The notes under the pieces are model-generated. The model saw only the letters and a list, made by a program, of their open reading frames with translations, had not been told where the DNA came from and made no database searches. Shown here piece after piece: positions 27,974 through 39,091 of a DNA stretch of 64,000 nt (position 1 is the stretch's first letter; the number at the start of each line of letters is the position of its first letter). The translations under genes were made by a program, and so were the position numbers. Origin of the DNA: Candidatus Latescibacterota bacterium (GTDB taxonomy: Bacteria; Latescibacterota; UBA2968; UBA8231); NCBI GenBank assembly GCA_965204725.1, contig OZ242005.1:3264001-3328000 (forward strand), in the 5' to 3' direction.

Positions 27974-29394
27974 GGCCGTCGTGCCTCCCGGTGCTGTTGT
28001 TGCTCGCCTGCGCTTCCGCGCCCCAAGTCGAATACCCAGCCCTCAACTTGGCCCAGCCGGACCAATGGCTGGGGCTGGCTGGGGCCTCAGAGGATACGGT
28101 CGCCGACCACTGGTGGCGCGATATGGGGGCTGCGCGCCTCGACAGCCTCGTGGCGTTGGCCTTAGCGCACAATTACGATCTCAAGGCCGCCGGGGCGCGT
28201 CTCGCCCAAGCTCAAGCCCAAGCCCGAGTGGCCGGTGCGCCGCTCTGGCCCCAATTCAATGCCAGCGCCAACGGCTCGCGGCGCAAACAAAACTTCGTCG
28301 GCCTACCCATTCCCGGCAGTGCCCCCGATCAAGTCTTGAGTTCTAAGAGCACGTCCTTTGGCGTCGATCTGACGGCGAGTTGGGAGGCCGACCTGTGGGG
28401 CCGCCTGCGCGCCGGGGCCCAAGCCGCGCTCGCCGACGCCGGGGCCGCGGCCGCTGACTTTCGGGCGGCCCGCCTCTCGCTGGCAGCGCAAACGGCGCGG
28501 GCCTATTTCGCCGCGGTCGAAGCGGGTCGCCAAGTCGAGCTGGCGCAGGCGACCGTTGCAAACTACCGGCTCTCCACCGAACAAATAGAGGATCGCTATG
28601 GCCGCGGCTTGCGCTCATCGCTCGATGTGCGCTTGGGCCGGTCGAGCTTGGCCACGGCCGAAGCCACTCTTGCCCAACGCCGCGGGCAAAGGGATGCTGC
28701 ACTGCGCCAGCTCGAACTGATCTTGGGCCGCTATCCCGGGGCGCGGGTTGAGGTCGGGGGCGAGCTGCCGGCCGTCAGCGGCCCGGTTCCCGCCGGCCTG
28801 CCCGCCCAACTCGTGGCCCGACGGCCCGACCTCGTGGCCGCAGAGCGTCGCCTCGCCGCGGCCGATCGCCGGTTGGCCCAAGCTCGGCGCGCCCTGTTGC
28901 CCCGCATCAGTCTCACGGCCTCCACCGGCCGCTCGTCGGGCGCGTTGAGCAGCCTGCTCAACGGCGATTTTTCGGTCTGGAGCCTCGTGGGCAATATCGC
29001 GCAGCCCCTGCTGCAAGGTGGACGCCTGCGCGCCGGCGTCGATCAGGCCGCGGCCGCGGCCGAGCACGCGCTCTTTGCCTACGCGCAAAGCGCCCTCAGG
29101 GCCTACGGCGAGGTGGAGGCCGCTCTAAACGCCGAAGGCTTGCTCGCCGACCAAGAACGAGCGCTCGCGACAGCGGCCGAAGAAGCCTTGGCCGCACGCG
29201 CCTTAGCCGAAGACCGCTACGCCCGAGGGCTGTCCGATCTCATCGCCCTGCTAGAATCTCAGCGCCGGGCCTTTGACGCCCAGAGCCGCCTGTTCGCCAT
29301 TCGCCGCCAGCGGCTCGATACGCGCATTGACTTGCACCTAGCGCTGGGCGGTGGCTTTACCCTTGCCTCTCAATACGCGGAGATTCAGCAATGA
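27970..29394 (+). CDS. RND efflux outer-membrane lipoprotein (NodT/OprM family)
   Basis: Lipobox LLAC; SWEADLWGRLR, RRPDLVAAE, LHLALGGG. Confidence 0.92.
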   Translation: MRPSCLPVLLLLACASAPQVEYPALNLAQPDQWLGLAGASEDTVADHWWRDMGAARLDSLVALALAHNYDLKAAGARLAQAQAQARVAGAPLWPQFNASANGSRRKQNFVGLPIPGSAPDQVLSSKSTSFGVDLTASWEADLWGRLRAGAQAALADAGAAAADFRAARLSLAAQTARAYFAAVEAGRQVELAQATVANYRLSTEQIEDRYGRGLRSSLDVRLGRSSLATAEATLAQRRGQRDAALRQLELILGRYPGARVEVGGELPAVSGPVPAGLPAQLVARRPDLVAAERRLAAADRRLAQARRALLPRISLTASTGRSSGALSSLLNGDFSVWSLVGNIAQPLLQGGRLRAGVDQAAAAAEHALFAYAQSALRAYGEVEAALNAEGLLADQERALATAAEEALAARALAEDRYARGLSDLIALLESQRRAFDAQSRLFAIRRQRLDTRIDLHLALGGGFTLASQYAEIQQ

Positions 29395-30626
29395 TGCGCG
29401 TCTTCAAAATGGTCTTGCCGGTCCTCATCCTCGCCCTCGGCTTTGGGGCCTTCCAACTGCTGGCCTCCATGCGCGAGCCTCCCCAGCGCGTCTCGCCTGC
29501 CTATACGGGTCCGCTCGTCGAAGCCATTGCCACTCCGCTCCAACAGGTCCAAGTCGTAGTGGAGGGGCAGGGCACGGTGCGGCCCGACGCTCAGATCGAC
29601 CTCGTGCCGCAGGTGTCGGGTATTGTGGTGTGGAAGGACGCTGATTTCAAACCCGGCGGGACTTTTGCCAAGGGGGCGTTGCTCTTTCGGCTGGACCCAC
29701 GCGACTACGAGCTCGCCGTCCAACAGGCTGTGGCCCAAGTGGCGCAGGCGCGTTACCAGCTCGACTTGGCCCGAGAAGAAGCCGCCATTGCCGCGGAGGA
29801 GTGGGAGCGGCTCCACACCGGCGACCAAGCCCCCACGGACTTGGTGCTGCACAAACCCCAACTGCGCGCGGCCGAGGCCGCCCTCCAAGGCGCGGAAGCC
29901 CGCCTCGCCGAAGCGCGGCTGCGCCTCGAGCGCACCCAAGTGCATGCTCCATTTGCCGGCCGAGTGCGCACCGCCCGCGTCGATGTCGGCCAACACCTCA
30001 ACGCCGGCCAAGCCATCGCCCAGATATACAGCATTGAAAAGGCCGAGATCGTCGTCCCGGTCCCGGACGAAGACCTCGGGTGGTTCACCCTGCCGCTGCC
30101 CATCGACATCGCGCCGGCTAGCCCTGTTGCCGAGCGCAACGCCGAGGGCCATGTCCGCGCCTTTGCCTTTGGCCGCGAGGGGGCCAGCACCGTGGTTAGC
30201 GGGGCCTTTGCCGGCCGCCGCCACCAGTGGGGAGGGCGCGTAGTGCGCACCGAAGGCGAACTCGACCCCCAAAGCCGCATGGTCCGCCTAGTGGTAGAGG
30301 TCGAAGCACCCTACGGCGGCATTGCCGACGGGATCCCGCCGCTGACGGTGGGAATGTTCGTCGATGTGGCCATCGCCGGCCGCACGGTCGATGGCGTCCG
30401 CGTCCTGCCTCGCGCTGCCCTGCGCCAAGGCGACCGCGTGTGGGCGGTGGGCCGCGACGGCGTCCTCCACATCCGCCCAGCGTGCGTGGTGCGTGCGCTC
30501 GAAGACGAAGTGCTCTCTTATATCGACCTAGCGCCCGAAGAGCGGGTCATCGTCTCGCAACTCAGCGGCGTTACCGACGGGATGCAGGTGCGGTTGGCTG
30601 CTGGAAACGCAGGAGGTCAACCGTGA
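29391..30626 (+). CDS. RND efflux periplasmic adaptor (MFP)
   Basis: PQVSG, LDPRDY, coiled-coil hairpin, APFAGRV, GMFV, LPRAAL. Confidence 0.92.
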   Translation: MMRVFKMVLPVLILALGFGAFQLLASMREPPQRVSPAYTGPLVEAIATPLQQVQVVVEGQGTVRPDAQIDLVPQVSGIVVWKDADFKPGGTFAKGALLFRLDPRDYELAVQQAVAQVAQARYQLDLAREEAAIAAEEWERLHTGDQAPTDLVLHKPQLRAAEAALQGAEARLAEARLRLERTQVHAPFAGRVRTARVDVGQHLNAGQAIAQIYSIEKAEIVVPVPDEDLGWFTLPLPIDIAPASPVAERNAEGHVRAFAFGREGASTVVSGAFAGRRHQWGGRVVRTEGELDPQSRMVRLVVEVEAPYGGIADGIPPLTVGMFVDVAIAGRTVDGVRVLPRAALRQGDRVWAVGRDGVLHIRPACVVRALEDEVLSYIDLAPEERVIVSQLSGVTDGMQVRLAAGNAGGQP

Positions 30627-33600
30627 AAGCACCCGTATCTTGGATGGCGAAGAATCACGTCGCCGCCAATCTGCTGATGGGTTTCATCATGTTGAGCGGA
30701 CTGTTTTCCATGATGCAGACCAAGAAAGAGACCTTCCCCGAGATGTCGCTCGACCAAGTGCAAATCCAAGTCCCCTATCTGGGCGCGACCCCGGCCGAGG
30801 TCGAAGACGCGGTCTGCAAGCGCATTGAGGAGCGGGTGCGCGGCCTAGAGGGGGTGCGCCGCGTGCGCTCCACCGCCTCTGAGGGCATGGGCTCAGTCAG
30901 CATTGAGCTAGAGCGCGGGGCCGATATAGACAAACTCCTCGACGACATCAAAAACGAGATCGACCGCATCGACACCTTTCCCGCCGAGACCGAAGAGCCG
31001 GTCATCAAGGAACTGACTCGGCGCAATCAAGCCATTGACGTGGTTCTCTACGGAGAGGTCGAGGAGAAGGCCCTCAAAGTCGCGGCCGAACTCGTGCGCG
31101 ACGACCTGCGCAGCAGCGGCGTTATTTCGCAGGTCGAGCTCAAGGGGGTGCGCATCGATGAGATTGCCATTGAGGTTTCCGAAGAGGCGTTGCGCCGCTA
31201 CGGCCTGACCTTCGCGCAGGTCGCCGACGCCGTCCGCCGCACGAGCATTGACCTGCCCGCCGGCAGCGTCGAGAGCGAGGACGGCGCGATATTGCTCCGC
31301 ACGCAGGGGCTGATGCGCACAGGGCGCGAATACGAAGAGGTCGTCGTCCTCACCCGCCCCGACGGCACGGCCCTCAAGCTCAAAGACCTGGCCACGGTCG
31401 TCGATGGCTTTGAGGATACCGATCTCATCTCGCGCTTCAACGGCCAGCCAGCGGCCGTGGTGCAAGTCTATCGCATTGGCGACCAGAGTGACCTCGACAT
31501 CTCCGCCTATGTCCACCAGTACGTCGAGGACAAACGTTCAACCCTGCCAGCCGGGATCTACATTGACTATGCACGCGACAACGCGCGCATCCTGCGCAGC
31601 CGCATAGATTTGCTGATCCGCAACGCCCGCCTTGGGCTGGTGCTGGTCTTTATCTGTCTGAGTTTCTTCCTCGATCTGCGCTTGGCGTTCTGGGTAATGA
31701 TGGGCATTCCGATCAGCTTTTTGGGGGCCTTCGTGCTGATGGAGCCTTTCGACGCCTCGATCAACATGCTTTCGCTGTTTGCCTTTATCGTGGCCTTGGG
31801 CATTGTGGTTGATGACGCGATCATCGTCGGCGAAAACATCTTTGCCCACCGCGTCCAAGGGAAACCCTTTGGCCGCGCCGCCATTGAGGGCGCACTCGAA
31901 GTGGGCACGCCGGTCACGTTCTCGATTATGACCTCGATTGCTGCTTTTATGCCGCTGTTTTTCGTCGAGGGCCTGATGGGCAAGTTCATGTCGGTCATGC
32001 CGGTGATCGTCATCTCCGTGCTCCTGCTGTCGCTGATTGAGAGCCTGTTCATTCTGCCGGCACACCTGTCTTCTGAGGGGCACGGGGCACTCAGCCGCCT
32101 CTTTCGCCGGCTCTTCGCGCACCCGCTCGCTTGGCACGACCGGGTCGTCGTCCTCTTTGACCGCGGCCTCCAGTACGTTATCCACAACGCCTATCGGCCC
32201 ACGCTGCGCTTGGCGCTGGCCCATCCCATCTCCAGCACCGCCTTGGCCCTATCCCTGATGCTGGGTACCGGCGGGCTGGTCGCTGGGGGCCACATCAAGT
32301 TCGTGTTTATGCCCGAGATCAGCTCCGATTGGGTGACGATCTCGGTCAACATGCCCCAAGGCACCACGGCGGCCCAAACCGCCAACGTCGTGCAATACGT
32401 TGAGCAACAGGCCCTCGCCTTGCGCGACCAGATCGACGCCGAGAGCGAGGGCGAGGATTCAATCTATCGCAATGTTTTTACCTACATCGGCGACCAACCC
32501 ATGGCCCGGCGTGCCTCCCTCCCGTCAACGGCTTCGAGTGCCGGCGGCCGAGGACACCTCGCCGAAGTTACCATTGAGCTGCAACCTTCCGAGGAGCGCG
32601 ATTTCGACAGCGCAGAGATTGAGTCGCGGCTGCGCGAGTTGGTCGGCGAAGTGCCCGGCCCCGAATCCGTGTTGTTCTCTTCGTCGCTGTTTTCCGCTGG
32701 CAATCCCATTGAAGTTGAGCTCGCCGCAGACAACTTCAACCAGCTCTTGTTGGCCGTCGATCGGCTCAAGGGCAAAATCGCCGAGTACGCCGGCGTCGGC
32801 GATATTCAAGACAGCTTTGAGGAAGGCAAGTTGGAGATGAAACTCCAGCTCAAGCCCCAAGCTCGCACCCTCGGCCTCACGCTCGCCGATCTCGCTCGTC
32901 AAGTGCGCCAAGGCTTTTACGGCGACCAAGCGCTGCGCTTCCAGCGCGGCTCGGACGACGTGCGAGTGATGGTGCGCTACCCCAAAGGCGAGCGCCGGAA
33001 CATGGGCGACGTGCGCTCGATGCGCATCCGTACGCCCTCGGGTGCTGAGGTGCCCTTTGCCGAGGTCGCCACCGTCGCCATTGGCCACGCCTATGCCGCC
33101 ATCCAGCGCACCGATGGCCAGCGCGTCGTGCGGGTGAGTGCCTCGGTCGATGACCAAATTGCCAATGCCGACGAAATCAACCGCGATCTCGAATCGTCTT
33201 TGCTGCCCGCACTCTCCAGAGACTATCCCGGCCTGCGCTACCGATTCGGCGGCGAGCAAAAGGAGCAGCAGGACTCGCTGCAGAGCCTAATGTTCAACTT
33301 CACCATCGCCCTTTTTGCCATCTACATGTTGCTGGCCGTGCCATTCAAATCGTACACCCAGCCCCTCGTGGTTATGAGCGCGATTCCCTTTGGCGTTATT
33401 GGCGCGGTTTGGGGGCATCTGCTCATGGGCTTGGACTTGGCGCTGTTGAGCTTCTTTGGGATCGTCGCGCTCTCGGGCGTGGTGGTCAACGATTCGCTGG
33501 TGCTGCTGACCTTCTACAACCAGACGCTGCGCAAGGGGACGCCGCACGCCGAAGCCCTGATTACAGCAGGGGCGGCGCGCTTCCGCCCCATCCTCCTCAC

Positions 33601-33829
33601 CTCCCTGACGACCTTCTTTGGGCTTTTGCCGATGATCCTCGAAAAAAGCATCCAAGCGCAGTTCCTAATCCCCATGGCCGTCAGCTTGGGTTTTGGCATC
33701 CTCTTTGCCACCTTCATCATTTTACTGGGCGTCCCGGTGGGCATGCACCTGTTGGTGGGAGCGCAGGGGCTTTGGGAGCGGTTGGGCGAGGATGGAACCG
33801 CCGAGGTCGCGCCGGTTACTGAGTCTTGA
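30623..33829 (+). CDS. RND efflux permease (AcrB/AcrD/AcrF family)
   Basis: GTG start with SD AGGAGG; NHVAANLLM, GIVVDDAIIVGEN, GVVVNDSLVL, RFRPILLTSLTT. Confidence 0.93.
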   Translation: MKAPVSWMAKNHVAANLLMGFIMLSGLFSMMQTKKETFPEMSLDQVQIQVPYLGATPAEVEDAVCKRIEERVRGLEGVRRVRSTASEGMGSVSIELERGADIDKLLDDIKNEIDRIDTFPAETEEPVIKELTRRNQAIDVVLYGEVEEKALKVAAELVRDDLRSSGVISQVELKGVRIDEIAIEVSEEALRRYGLTFAQVADAVRRTSIDLPAGSVESEDGAILLRTQGLMRTGREYEEVVVLTRPDGTALKLKDLATVVDGFEDTDLISRFNGQPAAVVQVYRIGDQSDLDISAYVHQYVEDKRSTLPAGIYIDYARDNARILRSRIDLLIRNARLGLVLVFICLSFFLDLRLAFWVMMGIPISFLGAFVLMEPFDASINMLSLFAFIVALGIVVDDAIIVGENIFAHRVQGKPFGRAAIEGALEVGTPVTFSIMTSIAAFMPLFFVEGLMGKFMSVMPVIVISVLLLSLIESLFILPAHLSSEGHGALSRLFRRLFAHPLAWHDRVVVLFDRGLQYVIHNAYRPTLRLALAHPISSTALALSLMLGTGGLVAGGHIKFVFMPEISSDWVTISVNMPQGTTAAQTANVVQYVEQQALALRDQIDAESEGEDSIYRNVFTYIGDQPMARRASLPSTASSAGGRGHLAEVTIELQPSEERDFDSAEIESRLRELVGEVPGPESVLFSSSLFSAGNPIEVELAADNFNQLLLAVDRLKGKIAEYAGVGDIQDSFEEGKLEMKLQLKPQARTLGLTLADLARQVRQGFYGDQALRFQRGSDDVRVMVRYPKGERRNMGDVRSMRIRTPSGAEVPFAEVATVAIGHAYAAIQRTDGQRVVRVSASVDDQIANADEINRDLESSLLPALSRDYPGLRYRFGGEQKEQQDSLQSLMFNFTIALFAIYMLLAVPFKSYTQPLVVMSAIPFGVIGAVWGHLLMGLDLALLSFFGIVALSGVVVNDSLVLLTFYNQTLRKGTPHAEALITAGAARFRPILLTSLTTFFGLLPMILEKSIQAQFLIPMAVSLGFGILFATFIILLGVPVGMHLLVGAQGLWERLGEDGTAEVAPVTES

Positions 33830-33835
33830 ACGATT

Positions 33836-35443
33836 GTGGCGCGATTGCAGTGGGGTGGTCTGTTGCCGTTGTGCCTGGCGGCTTGCGCGCCTGCGGACGG
33901 CCCTCCCTTCATCGACAAAGCCGGCGATTGGGGCTTGGAGCGGCCTCATGTCGGCGGCGGCGCACAAAAGCGCTATATCGTCGAAGCCAAAGGCGGCGGG
34001 GCCGCGCTCCTCGACGCGGACTTGGACAGCGACTTGGACATCTACTGGGTCAATGGAGAGGGCGGTGGCAATGCCCTCTACCGCAACGACCAAGGCCGGG
34101 GCTTTGTCGATAGAGCGGTCGCGGCCGGGGTCTCGGGTCGCGGCTGGGGCATGGGTGCGCTGAGCGCGGACTACGATGCCGACGGCGATGCCGATTTGTA
34201 CGTCACGTGCCTGCACGAAAATATCCTCTATCGCAACGACGGGTTCGAGCAATTTGCCGATGCAACGGCCCGCGCCGGGCTGGCGCTGCCGGTGTGGAGT
34301 ACGGGCGCGGCCATGGGCGACGCCGACTTGGACGGCGACTTGGATTTGTACGTGGCCAATTACGCGGATTTTGATTCGGCTGCGGTGCGGCCCTTGGGGA
34401 CGCAGTGGAAGGGCCGGGATGTGTTCGTCGGCCCGCTGGGCTTGCCCGCGCTGCCGGATGTGCTCTACCGCAACGATGGTGCGGGCGTCTTTACCGATGC
34501 GACGGCCGCCAGCGGCCTCGGTCGGCCCGACCCGGGCTATGGGTTTGCCGTACTCTTCATTGACAGCGACGACGACGGCGATTTGGACTTGTATGTCGCC
34601 AACGACTCCACACCCAATTTCCTCTATCGCAACGCCGGCGACGGCACCTTTGTCGAAGTGGGGCTACAGGCCCATGCCGCGCTGGGGGAAACGGGGTTGG
34701 CGCAGGCCGGCATGGGCGCGGCTTGGGGCGATTACGACAACGATGGCGACGGCGACTTGCTGGTCACCAACTTTGAGGACGACTACAACACGCTCTATCG
34801 CAATACCGGCGGCGGCGCTTTTGCGGACGTGAGCTTTGCCGCCGGCTTGGGCCGCATCAGCCTTCCCTACGTGGGGTTTGGCGCGGTCTTTCTCGATTTT
34901 GACAACGACGCCGACCAAGACTTGTTCGTGGCCAACGGGCACGTGTATCCCCAAATCGAACGCCCGGGCAGCGGCGCGACCTACGCGCAAGCCAATCACT
35001 TGTTTGCCAACGACGCCGGTCATTTCCGCCTCGTCGAGCTCGCCCCGAGCGAGCATTGGGCGGTCAGCCGCGGTGCGGTGGCCGGGGATTTTGACGATGA
35101 TGGCCGCTTAGACCTGTTCGTCACCAACCTCAACGGCCGGCCCTCCCTGCTACACAACCAGACGGCCGCGGGCCACCACTGGCTCGGCCTGCGCCTCGTG
35201 GGCGTGGGGAAAAACCGCGAGGCGGTCGGCGCGAAGGTCGTATTGTGGAGCGGCGGTCAAAAGCAGCGGCGGGACGTGCTCTGCGGCGAGAGCTTCTTGG
35301 GCAGCGGCGACCGGCGCGTGCATTTTGGCTTGGGCGCAGCGGGCCGAGCGGATTCGCTGCACATCTACTGGCCGAGTGGTGTGATGCAACGGCTGGTTGG
35401 CTTGCCGATTGATGGGTATGTGCGGGTTGAGGAGGGGGGGTAG
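33836..35443 (+). CDS. CRTAC1 family FG-GAP repeat lipoprotein with ASPIC/UnbV domain
   Basis: Repeated DxDxDGDLDLYVxN / LYRNxGxGxF; C-terminal NREAVGAKV...VHFGLG...WPSG. Confidence 0.9.
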   Translation: MARLQWGGLLPLCLAACAPADGPPFIDKAGDWGLERPHVGGGAQKRYIVEAKGGGAALLDADLDSDLDIYWVNGEGGGNALYRNDQGRGFVDRAVAAGVSGRGWGMGALSADYDADGDADLYVTCLHENILYRNDGFEQFADATARAGLALPVWSTGAAMGDADLDGDLDLYVANYADFDSAAVRPLGTQWKGRDVFVGPLGLPALPDVLYRNDGAGVFTDATAASGLGRPDPGYGFAVLFIDSDDDGDLDLYVANDSTPNFLYRNAGDGTFVEVGLQAHAALGETGLAQAGMGAAWGDYDNDGDGDLLVTNFEDDYNTLYRNTGGGAFADVSFAAGLGRISLPYVGFGAVFLDFDNDADQDLFVANGHVYPQIERPGSGATYAQANHLFANDAGHFRLVELAPSEHWAVSRGAVAGDFDDDGRLDLFVTNLNGRPSLLHNQTAAGHHWLGLRLVGVGKNREAVGAKVVLWSGGQKQRRDVLCGESFLGSGDRRVHFGLGAAGRADSLHIYWPSGVMQRLVGLPIDGYVRVEEGG

Positions 35444-35578
35444 GGGCGGTTGCTGTCTGGCGAGTGGCGGCTATATTTGAGGGCGCATCTATCCTTTTTG
35501 AGCCTTCAACCCCGAACCGTTTCTCGCTACCACTCGCGGTAGCGGGCTTGCCAACTACGTCCCCCTACTTGAGGAACT

Positions 35579-38500
35579 ATGAGCAAAGAAATGGATAAAA
35601 TTAGCCCTGATGAAACTAGGCGAGATCCTGATGAAACTAGACGTAAGGTGCTGACTGAGAATACAGCACAGGCGGTCTTCAAACACCTCAACTCTCTGAA
35701 GTCGAAGCGTATGAGTCTGCTCACGCGATGGATTTGGGAGCTCTTGCAGAACGCACGCGACACTTCGACTAACATCGATAGGAAGCTCGTAGCTTCTGTT
35801 GAATACAAGTGGAGAGAAGAGGACGAGTGCGGAGAGCTAATTTTTCAGCATAATGGCCCCAAGTTCAAGGAGGAACAGATAGCCCATCTCATTTACCACG
35901 GCACTACGAAACTCGAGAGCGAGGAGACAATCGGGCAATACGGGAGCGGTTTTCTCACGACTCACCTATTGTCTCCTATAATCAATGTATCTGGTCAACT
36001 CGAAGACGGTCAGTCTTTTCAGTTCTGTCTAAAGCGAGAAGCAGGCTCAGTTGAAGAACTCCGCGATTCAATGGACCAAGCATGGGAAGATTTTAACGAT
36101 TCTCTATCCAAAGAGTTGCCATCGGATGATCGCACTATTTTTCAATATCCTATCGAGGATGGGGCACCAGTTGAGGCCGTTAAAGAAGGACTCGCAACAT
36201 TGAGGACATGTGCTCCTTTCGTAGTAGCCTTTAATAAAAGAATTTTTGCGTATCGACATTCAATCAATTGATGGAAATATGAGTTTTGAGATGAACGAGC
36301 GTTCACCATTGTCTCCAAGTGGACTTTGGCAAGTCAAGGTCTCGGAGAAACAGGACGAAAAGAAACATCATAAAGTATATCTATTGGCAGAAGCAGAGAA
36401 CGAAAAGACGTCTGTTGCTATTCCATTAGAGCCAGTTGGAAATAGCCAAAGATGCTTGCCTATAAATGGTATCCCTAGGCTTTTCTTAGGTTTTCCTTTG
36501 GTAGGTACTGAGGATTTTAGTTTCCCCGCTATCATCAATAGTTTTGAATTTGGGCCGACTGAGGATCGTGATGGCGTGTTCCTAGGAATAGGCAATAACG
36601 AAGTGAATGATAAGAATCAGTCGATCATACAAGAGGCTTGTGAATTGCACATCCGCTTGCTTTTGTTCGCAGCATCGTCCGGCTGGCGTAATACATTCAC
36701 ATTGGCAAAAGTTCCTCGCGTCCGTGAACAGAAGTGGCTGGATGTAGGTTGGCTACAGGATACTCTCAAAGAACAACTCATCGAACAGTTCCGTCAGACT
36801 CCCTCAGTTGTGAGCGAGGTTGGTGACGCGATACCTACAAGCGAATCAATACTGCCAATGGCGGAAAAGGACGAGGGCGTTGAAGCTCTTTGGGATCTGT
36901 TGAATGACTGGAGAAAATTACGCGATATGTTGCCAAGACGGGATGAAGCCGCTGGTTGGTCGCACGCCATAAAGAGTTGGCCGATATACGGCGGAGACGA
37001 CCCTTCCTTGTTCGATGAGACAATGGATGGAGAAAAGTTGGCATCACACATCGATGGTGGTTATGGTAATATTGATACGCTTCAAGCGTTGTTTTATGAA
37101 GATATTTTCGCAGTCGACTGGCTGGATCAATTTCACCAGTTTCTCAACGAAAACAGCTTACAAGAAACAGTACGCGATCATCATATTGTTCTTGATCAAA
37201 AGCGTTATCTTAGCACATTGAGTGATCTGCATCGCGATCGAGGCATTTCTGAGAAACTGAAGGACATTGCGGAATTGCTCGAATGGGAGATCAGACAGAA
37301 ACTCCGTCATGTAGAGCTCTCTTCTTTGGCTGGTGAAAAGGGTGCTGGAGACATGCAAAATGAAGAAGTAGTTAAAAGACTAATAGAAGAGTTACAGGAA
37401 CGTGCTGAGCAGAACCCAGACGATGACTTCGCCAAAGCGAGTGTGGATCTTTTCTCGTGGATTGTTGTCGAAAAAGACTGGGATCGACTACGTAGATTTC
37501 CAGTGTTCGCAGAAAATGCTGACTCTGACAAGCGAAAAGTTATTTATCTGGAGCGTACAGAAGAGAAAGACGATCTTCCGCTTGCCCCTATTTTAGCATG
37601 GCCAAAAGACTTACAACAGTACTCCCAGCTTTTTCCGAAGAGTTATATATTGTCTGAACGTTTCTTCGAGGTCGCATCTGGTGAAGAAGTATGGCAGATT
37701 TTGGAAGAGAAATATTTTCTCAAAAAAGATGTGATAATTACTAAGAAATTAGAACTTGATTTTAAGACATTCCTCCCTGATGATCCCCTGACCGAGGAAG
37801 AGGATCACAAAACTGATGAGCGTGTTGATGTGACTAATATCGCTTTCCTGACTGAAGATAATATTGGGATCATGGATCGGGTGCGTCAAAGCCAGCATCT
37901 TGCCCGTCTATTTTGGCGTTTTCTTACTGAATGGATGGTAGTTCATGATACTAGCGGACTAGAAATTGCGGAAGCATCTTGCGACTGCGGAGAGAGTCAT
38001 GATTATTTCCCAGCAGAGTGGCTATTGCCCTTGGTACGGAGACGGTGGGTTCCTTTGGGAGAACGTAAACAAGACAGGGCGACAGCGAAATCTCTTGGCA
38101 GGCTGCTCCGTAATGTAGATGGGGAAACAAAGTCTTTTCATGAAAATCAAGCATTATTGAAGGCTATTGACGTGAGGCGTTCCGACTTGATGCTTGAGAC
38201 TTTTGCTAAGGATGCTGAAGCTCGGGAGGCTTTAGAAGATACAGTTACGGAGATATTGGCTACTACTGAAGGGGACTTGAGCCTAGTCCAAATATTTCTT
38301 GAACAGTACCGAGAAAAAAGACGTATGGGGCGTGAAAACCAACGCTTGGGGCAACGAGTAGAAGGCTTGGTGAGGAAAAATCTAGAAAGCAAAGGTTTTA
38401 CCGTCGATCTTACCGGCACTGGATCGGACTTTGAAATTTCGGCTGAAAATGGAGATGTGGCAAACTTGGATATATCTCTAGGAGATAGAGATTGGCTTAT

Positions 38501-38885
38501 TGAGATAAAAGCTACTCGGCACCAAGAAGTCCGAATGACTCATATTCAGGCGAAAACTTCCGTAAAAGAAGGAGACAGATTCTTACTCTGCGTCGTACCC
38601 GTAGAAGATGGGAACACTGAGCTAGAATTAGATGTCGTTCAAGATGCTATGCGATTCGTACAAGGTATTGGCTCCCGCGTAGCCTCACTGTGTAAAGACA
38701 TCGAAGATCTTGAGAGTTTACGAGACAATATCACAACTAGTCGATCTTCAGGTCTCCAGCTAGAGGTTGAAGCAGGGAAAGCACGGATCCGCGTTGCTAA
38801 TTCTGTGTGGGAAAACGACGGATTTCGACTCGAAGACCTCGCCGAGCGGTTGGCTCAGTCAGGTAACTCTCCCCAAAGTACGTAG
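35579..38885 (+). pseudogene. Sacsin-like GHKL ATPase fused to a C-terminal DUF3883/NOV-like PD-(D/E)xK domain; split by a frameshift near 36236-36245 (ORFs 35579-36271 and 36246-38885)
   Basis: WIWELLQNARD, FQHNGPKF, IGQYGSGF (GHKL motifs); PRLFLGFPLVGTE; C-terminal GQRVE..V...GSDFEI...IEIKAT. Removing one A from AAAA 36236-36239 gives continuous FNK-EFLRIDI. Confidence 0.78.
35606..35640 (+). repeat. 21-bp-period in-frame tandem duplication (PDETRR x2)
   Basis: CCTGATGAAACTAG at 35606 and 35627. Confidence 0.85.
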
Positions 38886-39091
38886 GAGGCCTCTTATGCA
38901 GAGCTATCCAGAGTACGACGGAACAAGAAGTATTGTCTTGAAGTGGTCCCAAAACTCAGGATTCGGTCGGTTATGTGCAGAAAAAGCGTTGGATCAGAAG
39001 CGTCTCGCCCTATGAAAATGCCCAACGCGGCTGCGGCCCGACGCTAGTTATGAAGCCACTTCAAGGCAAAGTACGCGGATGAGATAGGTTC

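Noticed and set aside
35474-35485. ATTTGAGGGCG-like match to the DUF4159 tail as a left attachment site
   Set aside because: Only about 10 bp match (TTTGAGGGCG); could be chance, and it overlaps a plausible -10 element.
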